From the NCBI GenBank assembly GCA_964450385.1, contig CAYVEC010000013.1, positions 1-49,172 on the forward strand: 49,172 nucleotides of DNA, given 5' to 3'. Shown piece by piece: positions 29,191 to 37,518 of this stretch; position 1 is the first letter of the stretch; each line of letters begins with the position of its first letter. This stretch comes from an uncultured Planctomycetales bacterium (lineage in GTDB: Bacteria > Omnitrophota > Gorgyraeia > Zapsychrales > JANLHA01). Made by a program: the position numbers and the translations under genes. A model generated the notes under the pieces. That model made no database searches. It saw only the letters and a program-made list of their open reading frames with translations, and was not told the DNA's origin.

Positions 29191-29643
29191 TCATGGACTG
29201 GAACGGTCGGAACGAAAATCAGCATCCTGGGCATCGGGATAGGTCATCCGGCCTTGGCGGCGATGATCAGGGGCCTGTCGAACGCTCACACCGCGAAGAT
29301 GCGCCTTGACGCCGGCCTTAACAACCCCTCGCGTCCACGGAATAAGAAGAAACAGCCCGATCAGGTCCGTCACGACCCCAGGCGTTAGAAGAAAAACACC
29401 CCCGGCCAAGACCATCAATCCGTCTAGCATCTCCTCAGTCGGCATCTCGCCCTGCTGGAGCCTTTCCTGGATCCGGGCCACAACCAAAAACCCCTGGACC
29501 CGCGTCAACGCGGCCCCGGCCATCCCGGTTAAAATGATCAGGGCCAGGGTATTCCATCCGCCGATACGGCTTCCGATCTCAAGAAGGATCGCGAGCTCGA
29601 CCGCAGGAAGGACGATAAAAAGTGTCACAAGAATACCGAGCAC
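29191..29643 (-). CDS. fxsA: FxsA family membrane protein
   Basis: LPAVELAILLEIG, TLALIILTG, GGVFLLTPGVVTDLIG.LLLIP. GTG 29643 has better RBS spacing than TTG 29649. Confidence 0.9.
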   Translation of the reverse strand: MLGILVTLFIVLPAVELAILLEIGSRIGGWNTLALIILTGMAGAALTRVQGFLVVARIQERLQQGEMPTEEMLDGLMVLAGGVFLLTPGVVTDLIGLFLLIPWTRGVVKAGVKAHLRGVSVRQAPDHRRQGRMTYPDAQDADFRSDRSSP

Positions 29644-29687
29644 AGGCAACCTTTCTTTCTCTATATATAGGCACCGCGCGGGAACAC

Positions 29688-30230
29688 CTAGCGCTTGATC
29701 AGGGTCAAAAACTCATTCCGGGTTGAATGCTCATGCCGAAAAGCCCCCAGCATACAGGAGGTGATCATCTCTGAATTCTGTTTTTCAACCCCGCGCATCA
29801 TCATACACAAATGCCGTGCCTCGATCACGACCCCGACCCCAAGGGCCCCGGTATATTTTAAGATCGCCTCCGCGATCTGCTGGGTCAGATTCTCCTGGAT
29901 CTGAAGCCGGCGGCCAAAGGCATCAACGATCCTCGCCACCTTAGAGAGCCCGAGGACCTTGCCCTTGGGCAGATACCCGACATGGCATTTCCCGAAGAAC
30001 GGCAGAAGATGATGCTCGCACAGGGAATAAAGCTCGATATCCTTGACGATGACCATTTCGTCGTTTGTGGTCTCAAAGATGGCCTGATTAACAATGTCAT
30101 CAAGACTCTCGCGATACCCCCGGGTCAGATAGGCAAACGCCCGGGCCGCGCGTTTGGGCGTGTCGCGCAGGCCCGCCCGGTCCGGGTCTTCACCGATGTG
30201 GGCCAGAATATTCCGATAAAAATCTTCCAT
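29688..30230 (-). CDS. folE: GTP cyclohydrolase I
   Basis: [38 protein letters not shown]. Confidence 0.98.
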   Translation of the reverse strand: MEDFYRNILAHIGEDPDRAGLRDTPKRAARAFAYLTRGYRESLDDIVNQAIFETTNDEMVIVKDIELYSLCEHHLLPFFGKCHVGYLPKGKVLGLSKVARIVDAFGRRLQIQENLTQQIAEAILKYTGALGVGVVIEARHLCMMMRGVEKQNSEMITSCMLGAFRHEHSTRNEFLTLIKR

Positions 30231-30263
30231 ACCGTTGTCCTTTCTTCATATCCGTGTCAGGCG

Positions 30264-30293
30264 ACTATAACACATTAAAAAGTTCATTGTCAA
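30264..30293 (-). promoter_or_regulatory. Sigma70-type promoter for folE
   Basis: TTGACA(30293-30288)-N18-TATAGT(30269-30264), with TGt extension. Confidence 0.65.
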
Positions 30294-30310
30294 AGACTAA
30301 TCTAAACTGG

Positions 30311-30338
30311 TTGCCAAAAATCGGGGTTCAGGTACAAT
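30311..30338 (+). promoter_or_regulatory. Sigma70-type promoter for hisK, back-to-back with the folE promoter
   Basis: TTGCCA(30311-30316)-N16-TACAAT(30333-30338). Confidence 0.65.
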
Positions 30339-30370
30339 GTATCCAGATAAACCGCTGAGGAAGGAAATCC

Positions 30371-31177
30371 ATGCTCCCCATCGTTGATTACCATATGCAT
30401 ACCCCCCTCTGCGGCCATGCTACGGGCGACCCCTCTGAATATGCCGAGCAGGCGCTCGCGCGCGGGCTCAAGGAAATCGGATTTTCCGACCATGCCCCTT
30501 TTATCCAGCGGCCGCTCCCCGGGATCACGATGAGCGATTCAGAACTCCCTCATTATATCGAGATGATCCGCTCATGTCAGCGGTCATTCGCGGATCGCCT
30601 GACGATCCGGCTCGGGATCGAGGCGGATTTTATCCCGGGCTGTGAGGAAAAGACCCGGGATCTCCTCGCTCAACACCCATTTGATTATGTCTATGGTTCG
30701 GTCCACTTTATCAACGACTGGGGCTTTGACAACCCCGATGAGCGGATACGCTGGAACCAGGCGGACATCAATGAGACCTATCGGCTGTACTACAAACTCC
30801 TGCGCGCCGCGGCTCAAAGCCAGCTTTTTGATATCATGGCCCATGTCGATCTTGTGAAAAAATTTGGGCACCGGCCGACCGTTGACCTTCATCACGACCT
30901 CGCGGAGACCGCGCGGGTCTTTAAAGCCTCCGGGGTCGCGATCGAGATCAATACGGCGGGCCTCCGAAAAGACGTTCAGGAGATCTACCCCTCGCTCGAG
31001 GTCCTCAGGTTCTATGTCGCTGCCGGCGTGCCCGTCACCTTTGGGTCCGATGCCCATCGGCCCGAAGAAGTCGGCCTAAATTTCAGCGAGGCACGGTCCG
31101 TGGCCCTTGCCGCCGGATGCCGAGAATATGTCTTATTCCGCGACCGCCGGATCGACCGAGTCATGCCCCTAACCTGA
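30371..31177 (+). CDS. hisK: Histidinol-phosphatase, PHP (HisJ/HisK) family
   Basis: DYHMHTPLCGHA, FSDHAP, GIEAD, GSVHF, AHVDLVK, GSDAHRPEEVG. Confidence 0.88.
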   Translation: MLPIVDYHMHTPLCGHATGDPSEYAEQALARGLKEIGFSDHAPFIQRPLPGITMSDSELPHYIEMIRSCQRSFADRLTIRLGIEADFIPGCEEKTRDLLAQHPFDYVYGSVHFINDWGFDNPDERIRWNQADINETYRLYYKLLRAAAQSQLFDIMAHVDLVKKFGHRPTVDLHHDLAETARVFKASGVAIEINTAGLRKDVQEIYPSLEVLRFYVAAGVPVTFGSDAHRPEEVGLNFSEARSVALAAGCREYVLFRDRRIDRVMPLT

Positions 31178-31213
31178 TCGCCTCTGCGCTCAGATTCGCG
31201 CCACGAAAAACCG

Positions 31214-31477
31214 CTAACCTTTTTTACCGGTATAACGAAAAAGCTCCTGGAAGGAAAAGTCCTGCGCGTCCTGGACCGAATTTATGGCCCGAAGGATCTT
31301 CATCTGCACCCCGTAACTGAGGGCACGGCCCCGGCGGGCCTTCGCAACCATCTTGTGAGTGAGCTGTTCGGTAGAGGCCGCGACAAGATCCGTGTTTCGA
31401 ATCCCTCGATCGGTCATGAGTGCGTCGATCGGCTGAGGCCCCATCTCCATCCCAGGCCCACGATCAGACTGCGACAT
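31214..31477 (-). CDS. Small hypothetical protein (87 aa), probable XRE/Cro-like helix-turn-helix
   Basis: Overlaps the cstA stop by 14 nt. LTHKMVAKARRGRALS..VQMKILRAIN follows the XRE recognition-helix pattern. Alternative ATG at 31450. Confidence 0.7.
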   Translation of the reverse strand: MSQSDRGPGMEMGPQPIDALMTDRGIRNTDLVAASTEQLTHKMVAKARRGRALSYGVQMKILRAINSVQDAQDFSFQELFRYTGKKG

Positions 31478-33149
31478 GCCTGCCCCCTTTCGCCCGGATA
31501 GCGGCAACCGCGCTCACCATCAACGCCGCGGCAAGGACAAGGAGGACCACCGCAGACCCGACCAAAGGCCACTGGGCTGATTCCGAATTGATGATCAATA
31601 GTTCAATAAGTGCCCAGATCGAAATCGCCATCATAAAAATAAATGGCACGAGCGCGACCCAGACATTTTTCCCCGCGGCCCAAAGCCCGAGCGTGATCGT
31701 GAGCAGGGTCAGCCCGGCAAGAAGCTGATTCGCGGCGCCGAACACCGGCCAGATCCTCTGGGCCTCACCCGACACCGCCACAAAACCCGCCGCGGCCAAG
31801 ACAAGAGACGTTGTCAGATACCGATTTTCTGCAGCGGAACGAAGCCACCCGGGCCTCCCCACCTCGCCTTTCGGAGGCATGCCCAATTCCTGAACGGTAA
31901 AGCGCGCCAAGCGCGCCGCGGTATCGAGCGTCGTCAATAAAAAAGCCGCGACCGTGAGTGACACAAAGACTTTTCCCATCTCAAGCGGGATCCCGAGCCG
32001 CACCGACACCGCGGCCAGTCCCGAGGAAAAGACAGCCACCGGCCCCTGATGACGCAGGGTCTCATAAAACGCGTCACCCCCGAGACTAGCCGCCGCGATC
32101 AGGGCAATGACAGCCACGACCCCCTCGACTATCATCCCGCCGTACCCGACGCGCAGGGCATGACCTTCAGTTCGCAACTGTTTCGAACTCGTGCCTGACG
32201 CCACAAGGGCGTGAAAACCCGAACAGGCACCGCACGCGATCGTCACAAACAGCATCGGGACGATCAGCCACGGCCTCTCCCCGGCCCCGGGGATAACAGC
32301 GCGCATCCCGGTGAAGGCCGGCATATCAAGGGACGGCGCCGCGACAAGGATGCCGATTAGACCAACCAGAATCATGGCATAAAGGAGAAATGAATTCAGA
32401 TAATCACGTGGCTGAAGAAGGATCCAGACCGGGGCCGATGCCGCGACAAAAACATAGATGAACAAAACCGCCATCCAAAAATTCACGACCCCTGCCGTCG
32501 AGAGGCCCAAGAACGCGGACGGATCACAGGGATAGATGACACCCGCCACGGCCGCGGCACCAAGGAGAAGGACAAAAATGCCCGTCGTCACCCACAACGG
32601 TAAAACCCCGGCCCGGTGAACCAGCCCGAAGCCCACGGCGATAAAAATAAAGAGCACGGATGCGGTCGCGACCGCCGGGATCGCAACAAAGGTCTTGGCC
32701 ACGAGCAGAGCAAAGATCGCGATGATGAGGACGAGGGCCGCGACACAGAACAAGAGAAAGATCTGCCGTGCCTGATACGAGAGATGATTTTCAATAACGT
32801 GGGCAATCGACCGCCCCTCATGCCGCACCGAGATAATGAGCGCCGCAAAATCATGGAGCGCGCCGATAAACACACAACCGATCAGGATCCAAAGCAAGAC
32901 CGGGACCCATCCGAAACACAGGCCGAGGACCGGCCCCACGATCGGCCCAGCCCCAGCGATCGAGGCGAAATGGTGCCCAAACAGCACCGGGGTCGCGGTC
33001 AGAACATAATCAACCCCGTCATTCAACGTCACCGCTGGGGTCGGCCGTCCGCTATCAATATCAAAAAGCCGCGCAAGCCGCCCGCCGTACCAACGATAGG
33101 CGATCCCAAAAATCACGATGACCAGCACCAACAGAAATGCCCCGTTCAT
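31464..33149 (-). CDS. cstA: Carbon starvation protein A family peptide/pyruvate transporter
   Basis: TPA....DGVDY, FGHHFASIAGAGPIVGP, APVWILLQPRDYLN, ACGACSGFHAL, TTLDTAARL, FGAANQLLA. Confidence 0.95.
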   Translation of the reverse strand: MNGAFLLVLVIVIFGIAYRWYGGRLARLFDIDSGRPTPAVTLNDGVDYVLTATPVLFGHHFASIAGAGPIVGPVLGLCFGWVPVLLWILIGCVFIGALHDFAALIISVRHEGRSIAHVIENHLSYQARQIFLLFCVAALVLIIAIFALLVAKTFVAIPAVATASVLFIFIAVGFGLVHRAGVLPLWVTTGIFVLLLGAAAVAGVIYPCDPSAFLGLSTAGVVNFWMAVLFIYVFVAASAPVWILLQPRDYLNSFLLYAMILVGLIGILVAAPSLDMPAFTGMRAVIPGAGERPWLIVPMLFVTIACGACSGFHALVASGTSSKQLRTEGHALRVGYGGMIVEGVVAVIALIAAASLGGDAFYETLRHQGPVAVFSSGLAAVSVRLGIPLEMGKVFVSLTVAAFLLTTLDTAARLARFTVQELGMPPKGEVGRPGWLRSAAENRYLTTSLVLAAAGFVAVSGEAQRIWPVFGAANQLLAGLTLLTITLGLWAAGKNVWVALVPFIFMMAISIWALIELLIINSESAQWPLVGSAVVLLVLAAALMVSAVAAIRAKGGRHVAV

Positions 33150-33202
33150 ATCCCCCCTCAATCACGAGATGACGGCTCTATCCTTCCCCCACCGCCGACC
33201 GA

Positions 33203-33505
33203 TCACACGGCCCCCGACCCGCCGATCCGGCGGGCGACCTCGACCCGGCAGAGGGCGAGTTGTGCCTCAAGCTTCATTTCCGCTGAGCGGTTTTGCCCCG
33301 ATCCATACCCCATCACCGCGCCGATCACGACACCGATCGAAATAATCAAGGGGTCAAAACCACAGACCATGATGTCCGCGACCTTGGCAAAGATGAGCAT
33401 CCCAGCAAAAACCCCGATAAAAAAATGACACGTCACGATTGAGCGGGACTGTTGATACAACCGCTCCGCGTACTCTTCGACGACCTTCGGATCATAGACG
33501 ACCAT
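33203..33505 (-). CDS. Hypothetical membrane protein (100 aa, two predicted TM helices)
   Basis: AAAGGAGG RBS before ATG 33505, overlapping the ispG end; hydrophobic stretches FFIGVFAGMLIFA and LIISIGVVIGAVMGYG. Confidence 0.8.
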   Translation of the reverse strand: MVVYDPKVVEEYAERLYQQSRSIVTCHFFIGVFAGMLIFAKVADIMVCGFDPLIISIGVVIGAVMGYGSGQNRSAEMKLEAQLALCRVEVARRIGGSGAV

Positions 33506-34760
33506 GTTCGCCTCCTTTGTAGTCCGTTCCACCAAACCGTTTTCTGATATATTCCTCAAGCACGTTCATGAAGACGCGCACCATCTCCCCCTGCGGCACG
33601 CTCGCAGTCTTGCGCCCATCGATAAAGATCATCGCCTGCGCCCCCTCACCCGACCCAGGCAGGCAAATCCCGACATCAGCCTCCCGGCTCTCGCCCGGCC
33701 CGTTCACAATACACCCCATAACCGCGATCCGGAGCCTCTCGACCCCTGGATACCGCGCGCCCCATTCCTCCATATGCGCCTGAACAAACATCTGAACATC
33801 ACGGGCCAGCGTTTGATACACATCGCTCGCCGTCCTGCCGCACCCGGGACAGCTGATCACCATTGGAAAAAAACGCCGTATCCCAAGCGACTGAAGTATG
33901 TGGCGGCAGAGGGCAACCTCATCGGCACGAGGGGCACCCGGAGTTGGTGTAATCGACGCCCGGATCGTGTCCCCGATCCCCTGACTAAGCAGGACGCCTA
34001 TCGCCGTTGATGTCGCGACCATGCCTGGCATCCCTCCTCCGGCCTCGGTTAAGCCCAAATGGATCGGATGATCCGTTTCACGTGCCAGGGCCTGATTCGC
34101 GGCAATCAAGGTCGAGACATCAGAGGCCTTGATGCTCAACACGATCTGATCACGGGGCAGTCCGAGCCGGACCGCCTGACGCGCACTTTCAAGACAGCTT
34201 CGAACCAAGGCATCAACGACAACGGCCGACGGGTCCTGTGGCCTGAAACGACGGGCATTGCGGTCCATAAGCCGGGCGAGGAGCTCCGGGTCGAGCGACC
34301 CTCCGTTCACCCCGATTCTCACCGGACGGCCGTGATCCGCCGCAATCCGGATGATCGCACGAAAATGATCCTCCCGCGCGTCCCCACGGCCGACATTCCC
34401 AGGGTTGATCCGGTATTTGTCGAGCGCGGTCGCGAGCTCCGGCACCGTGGCCAGCAACCGATGACCGTTAAAATGAAAATCTCCGATGAGCGGAATAGTG
34501 ATCCCCTCGTCATTTAAACGAGAACGGATCGTGACAGCGGCCCGGGCCGCTGTCTCATCATTCACCGTGATCCGGACCAATTCACTCCCGGCCGCGACAA
34601 GGCTCCGAATCTGGGCCAACGTCGCCTCAATATCGGCTGTGGGGGTATTCGTCATGCTCTGGACCGCTATCGGATGACGCGACCCGATCATGACCCGCCC
34701 GATATGAACACTGCGTGTAACTCTCCGCCGGATGCTCTCTAATTGTGATGTTTTTTCCAC
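33492..34760 (-). CDS. ispG: (E)-4-hydroxy-3-methylbut-2-enyl-diphosphate synthase
   Basis: IAVQSMTNT, GDFHFNG, RINPGN, RIGVNGGSL, HLGLTEAG, SCPGCGRT, MGCIVNGPGE. GTG 34760 chosen as start; the track extension to 34835 spans the promoter region. Confidence 0.97.
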   Translation of the reverse strand: MEKTSQLESIRRRVTRSVHIGRVMIGSRHPIAVQSMTNTPTADIEATLAQIRSLVAAGSELVRITVNDETAARAAVTIRSRLNDEGITIPLIGDFHFNGHRLLATVPELATALDKYRINPGNVGRGDAREDHFRAIIRIAADHGRPVRIGVNGGSLDPELLARLMDRNARRFRPQDPSAVVVDALVRSCLESARQAVRLGLPRDQIVLSIKASDVSTLIAANQALARETDHPIHLGLTEAGGGMPGMVATSTAIGVLLSQGIGDTIRASITPTPGAPRADEVALCRHILQSLGIRRFFPMVISCPGCGRTASDVYQTLARDVQMFVQAHMEEWGARYPGVERLRIAVMGCIVNGPGESREADVGICLPGSGEGAQAMIFIDGRKTASVPQGEMVRVFMNVLEEYIRKRFGGTDYKGGEHGRL

Positions 34761-34769
34761 GTGAGGTGC

Positions 34770-34798
34770 TTGTGTTTCGTGATATTCAATGTTATAAC
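34770..34798 (+). promoter_or_regulatory. Candidate promoter for ispH-murB
   Basis: TTGTGT(34770-34775)-N17-TATAAC(34793-34798), with TGt extension. Confidence 0.5.
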
Positions 34799-34806
34799 TT
34801 AGTAGT

Positions 34807-34835
34807 ATCTTAATCACCTTTATTCTGAAATGCAA
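34807..34835 (-). promoter_or_regulatory. Candidate promoter for the ispG operon
   Basis: TTGCAT(34835-34830)-N17-TAAGAT(34812-34807). Confidence 0.55.
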
Positions 34836-34852
34836 GGATTGCCGTCGCTTTT

Positions 34853-35770
34853 ATGAAGATCTATCTCGCGCGCAAGCAAGGATTCTGTTCCGGCGTGGCC
34901 CGTGCCATCCAGGCCGTCAACAAGGCCCTGGACGAATATGGGCCGCCCCTCTATGTCTACCATGAAATCGTCCACAACACCTTTGTCGTTGAGTATTTCC
35001 GCGATCACGGGGTCGTCTTTGTCGAAGACCTCGCCGATGTCCCGGAAGGCAGCCGTCTGATCTTTAGTGCCCATGGCATTTCTCCGTCGGTCATCGAAAC
35101 GGCCGAGACGCGGCACCTCCAATGGATCGATGCCAGCTGCCCGCTCGTCAAAAAAGTCCATACCGAAGCCATGGACTTTGTCCGTGAGGGGCGCCACGTG
35201 CTTCTCGTCGGGCATCCCGGCCATCAGGAGATCATCGGCACCGCGGGCTATGTCCCGCCGGACAAACTCACTATTATTCAAACCCTCTCGGATATCGCGG
35301 GCCTCGACCTACCCGATACCACGCCCGTCGCCTATCTGACCCAGACAACCCTCTCGATCGATGAGACGCACGACCTCATCGCCGCCCTCAGGGACCGGTT
35401 CTCGAACCTAAAAGGCCCGGACCAAAAAGATATCTGTTTTGCCACGCAAAGCCGTCAGGACGCGGTCAAAGAACTCGCAGCCGTCTCGGAGGCGATCCTC
35501 ATCTGCGGCTCCCCGAACAGTTCCAACTCCAACCGCCTTCGGGAAACAGGCGAACGCGCCGGGGTGCCCTCGTATATCATCGACTCGGCAGCCGAACTTG
35601 ATTTTTCCTGGCTGACCCCGATCGAGCGGCTCGGGATCTCCTCGGGGGCCTCGGTCCCTCACTGCGTGGTCCAGGAGGTTATTAACGAAATAAAAAAGCG
35701 GGTCCCGAATGTCACGGTCACCGCGTTAACAGGATTTAAGGTCCCGGACAACTTCCCCAATAGCCCATGA
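34853..35770 (+). CDS. ispH: 4-hydroxy-3-methylbut-2-enyl diphosphate reductase
   Basis: GFCSGV, HEIVHN, SAHG, DASCPLV.KVH, GH..HQE, DICFAT..RQ, NSSNSNRL, SSGASVP. Confidence 0.98.
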   Translation: MKIYLARKQGFCSGVARAIQAVNKALDEYGPPLYVYHEIVHNTFVVEYFRDHGVVFVEDLADVPEGSRLIFSAHGISPSVIETAETRHLQWIDASCPLVKKVHTEAMDFVREGRHVLLVGHPGHQEIIGTAGYVPPDKLTIIQTLSDIAGLDLPDTTPVAYLTQTTLSIDETHDLIAALRDRFSNLKGPDQKDICFATQSRQDAVKELAAVSEAILICGSPNSSNSNRLRETGERAGVPSYIIDSAAELDFSWLTPIERLGISSGASVPHCVVQEVINEIKKRVPNVTVTALTGFKVPDNFPNSP

Positions 35771-36702
35771 ACGAATCGATCAACAACCTGCGCCGATCCC
35801 TGGCCGCCACCGATGCGGTATGGCTGCCCGACACACGTCTCTCCGCGATCACCACGTTCCGTATCGGCGGCCCGTGTCTCGGCATCATTGACTGCCCGGG
35901 TCCAGCGACATTCGTCCGGACGCTTCAAGCCGCGTGGGCCCATCATATCCCGACGCTGATTCTCGGCGAAGGGTCCAATGTCCTGGCCCCTGACGAGGGG
36001 ATCGACCGCCTCGTTATCAGGCCCCGGGCCGAGTCCCTGACCACCCTCGAAACAGATCCAACCCAGCGGACCGTCACGGTCTTTGCCGGTGCCAGCCTTG
36101 ACCTTCTCGCAGAATACTATGCCCACCACGGTTACACCGGGCTCGAGTTCGCCCACGGGATCCCAGGGACCATCGGAGGCGCCGTGAGTGGCAATGCCGG
36201 GGCCTTTGGCCAGGACATCAGTCAATGCGTGGCTGGGGTGACCGTCATCAACCCCGACGGAAAGGACCAACAATTACCGCATGACGCCCTTGGATTCTCC
36301 TACCGCTCGTCGCGCTTTAAGTCATCCCCTGATGTCATCGTCTCGGTCACCCTTCATTATGGGGACGGCGACGCGGGCTGGCTCGCTCAGGAACGTGAAC
36401 GCGTCCGCGCGGTCCGGCACGACAAACACCCCGACTACCGAACGACCCCCTGCGCAGGAAGTTTCTTTAAGAACATCATCTCACCGGACGGAACACGCAC
36501 CGCGGCCGGGAAGCTCCTCGACGAGGCCGGCTGTAAGGCCCTCCGTGTCGGCGGCGCCTCGGTCTTCCCTAAACACGCGAACATTATTATCAACGATGGA
36601 CAGGCAACGGCACAGGACGTGCGCGCCCTCGCAGATTCGATGGCCCAACGGGTCTATGAACGATTCGGGGTCGACCTGACCCCTGAGGTCCGTTTCGTCT
36701 AA
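35767..36702 (+). CDS. murB: UDP-N-acetylenolpyruvoylglucosamine reductase
   Basis: TFRIGGP, LGEGSNVL, GIPGTIGGA..GNAGAFG, FSYRSS, AGSFFKN, HANIIIN, LTPEVRF. Confidence 0.96.
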   Translation: MNESINNLRRSLAATDAVWLPDTRLSAITTFRIGGPCLGIIDCPGPATFVRTLQAAWAHHIPTLILGEGSNVLAPDEGIDRLVIRPRAESLTTLETDPTQRTVTVFAGASLDLLAEYYAHHGYTGLEFAHGIPGTIGGAVSGNAGAFGQDISQCVAGVTVINPDGKDQQLPHDALGFSYRSSRFKSSPDVIVSVTLHYGDGDAGWLAQERERVRAVRHDKHPDYRTTPCAGSFFKNIISPDGTRTAAGKLLDEAGCKALRVGGASVFPKHANIIINDGQATAQDVRALADSMAQRVYERFGVDLTPEVRFV

Positions 36703-36723
36703 CGTCAGAATGGATGAACGGCG

Positions 36724-36987
36724 TTAAACCGTCTCCTCCCATTCCTCAAAGGCGACCGGATGGTGAAGCAAGAACGACACCTCGCGGAGCGTATCGCTAT
36801 GCTTGGGATCTTTAAATAAGACGTCGATCAGCTTTTCCCTGATCTCGACATGATAATTGCCCTCTAACAGGACCTGATAATCCTGATAATCCTCACGATA
36901 AACAACCCCCTCGATCGGCCGATCGATCTTGATCTGCGACCCTAACGCAAGCAATCGGTCTAAAACCTGTTCTGGATGGTGTAACAT
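36724..36987 (-). CDS. Hypothetical protein (87 aa) at the end of the suf operon
   Basis: Strong RBS GAGGAGGGGAGG before ATG 36987; no family recognised. Confidence 0.7.
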   Translation of the reverse strand: MLHHPEQVLDRLLALGSQIKIDRPIEGVVYREDYQDYQVLLEGNYHVEIREKLIDVLFKDPKHSDTLREVSFLLHHPVAFEEWEETV

Positions 36988-37057
36988 ATCCCTCCCCTCC
37001 TCATGTGTTTCTATCCTACCCCACAGCGACGACTTTTCCAGAGAAATTTTAAAAATT

Positions 37058-37510
37058 TTATTCCGTGGACACCGTCTCGTTCTGGTCAAGGGCCCCTTTC
37101 AGCGCGTGCCAGGCCAGGGCCGCGCACTTGATCCGCGATGGATATTGCCAGATCCCGGAAAAGACCGCGAGCTTCCCTAGTCCAGCGGTTCCTGCCGCGC
37201 CCTCCTCCCGCTTTAAAAGCATATCATGGAACGCCTCAAACATGCGTCTCACCTCATCGACCGTCTTGCCCTTGATCTGATCCGTCATCAGAGACGCGGA
37301 TGAGCGCGAGATCGCGCACCCCTCACCTTGAAAGGCCGCGTCCTGAACGACCCCGTCGGATGTCACCGTCAAATAGACATGAAGATGGTCGCCGCAGAGA
37401 GGATTATACCCTTCTGCCTTATGCGTGCAGGGATCGATGGCCCGAAAATTCCGGGGATTCTTATGATGCTCCAAAATCATCTCTTGGTATAATTCATTCG
37501 TCTCCATCAT
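37058..37510 (-). CDS. sufU: SUF-system NifU/SufU family Fe-S assembly protein
   Basis: LYQEMILEH..NPRN, NPLCGD, GEGCAIS..SAS, RIKCAALAW; follows sufS. Confidence 0.93.
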   Translation of the reverse strand: MMETNELYQEMILEHHKNPRNFRAIDPCTHKAEGYNPLCGDHLHVYLTVTSDGVVQDAAFQGEGCAISRSSASLMTDQIKGKTVDEVRRMFEAFHDMLLKREEGAAGTAGLGKLAVFSGIWQYPSRIKCAALAWHALKGALDQNETVSTE

Positions 37511-37518
37511 TCCTCCCG

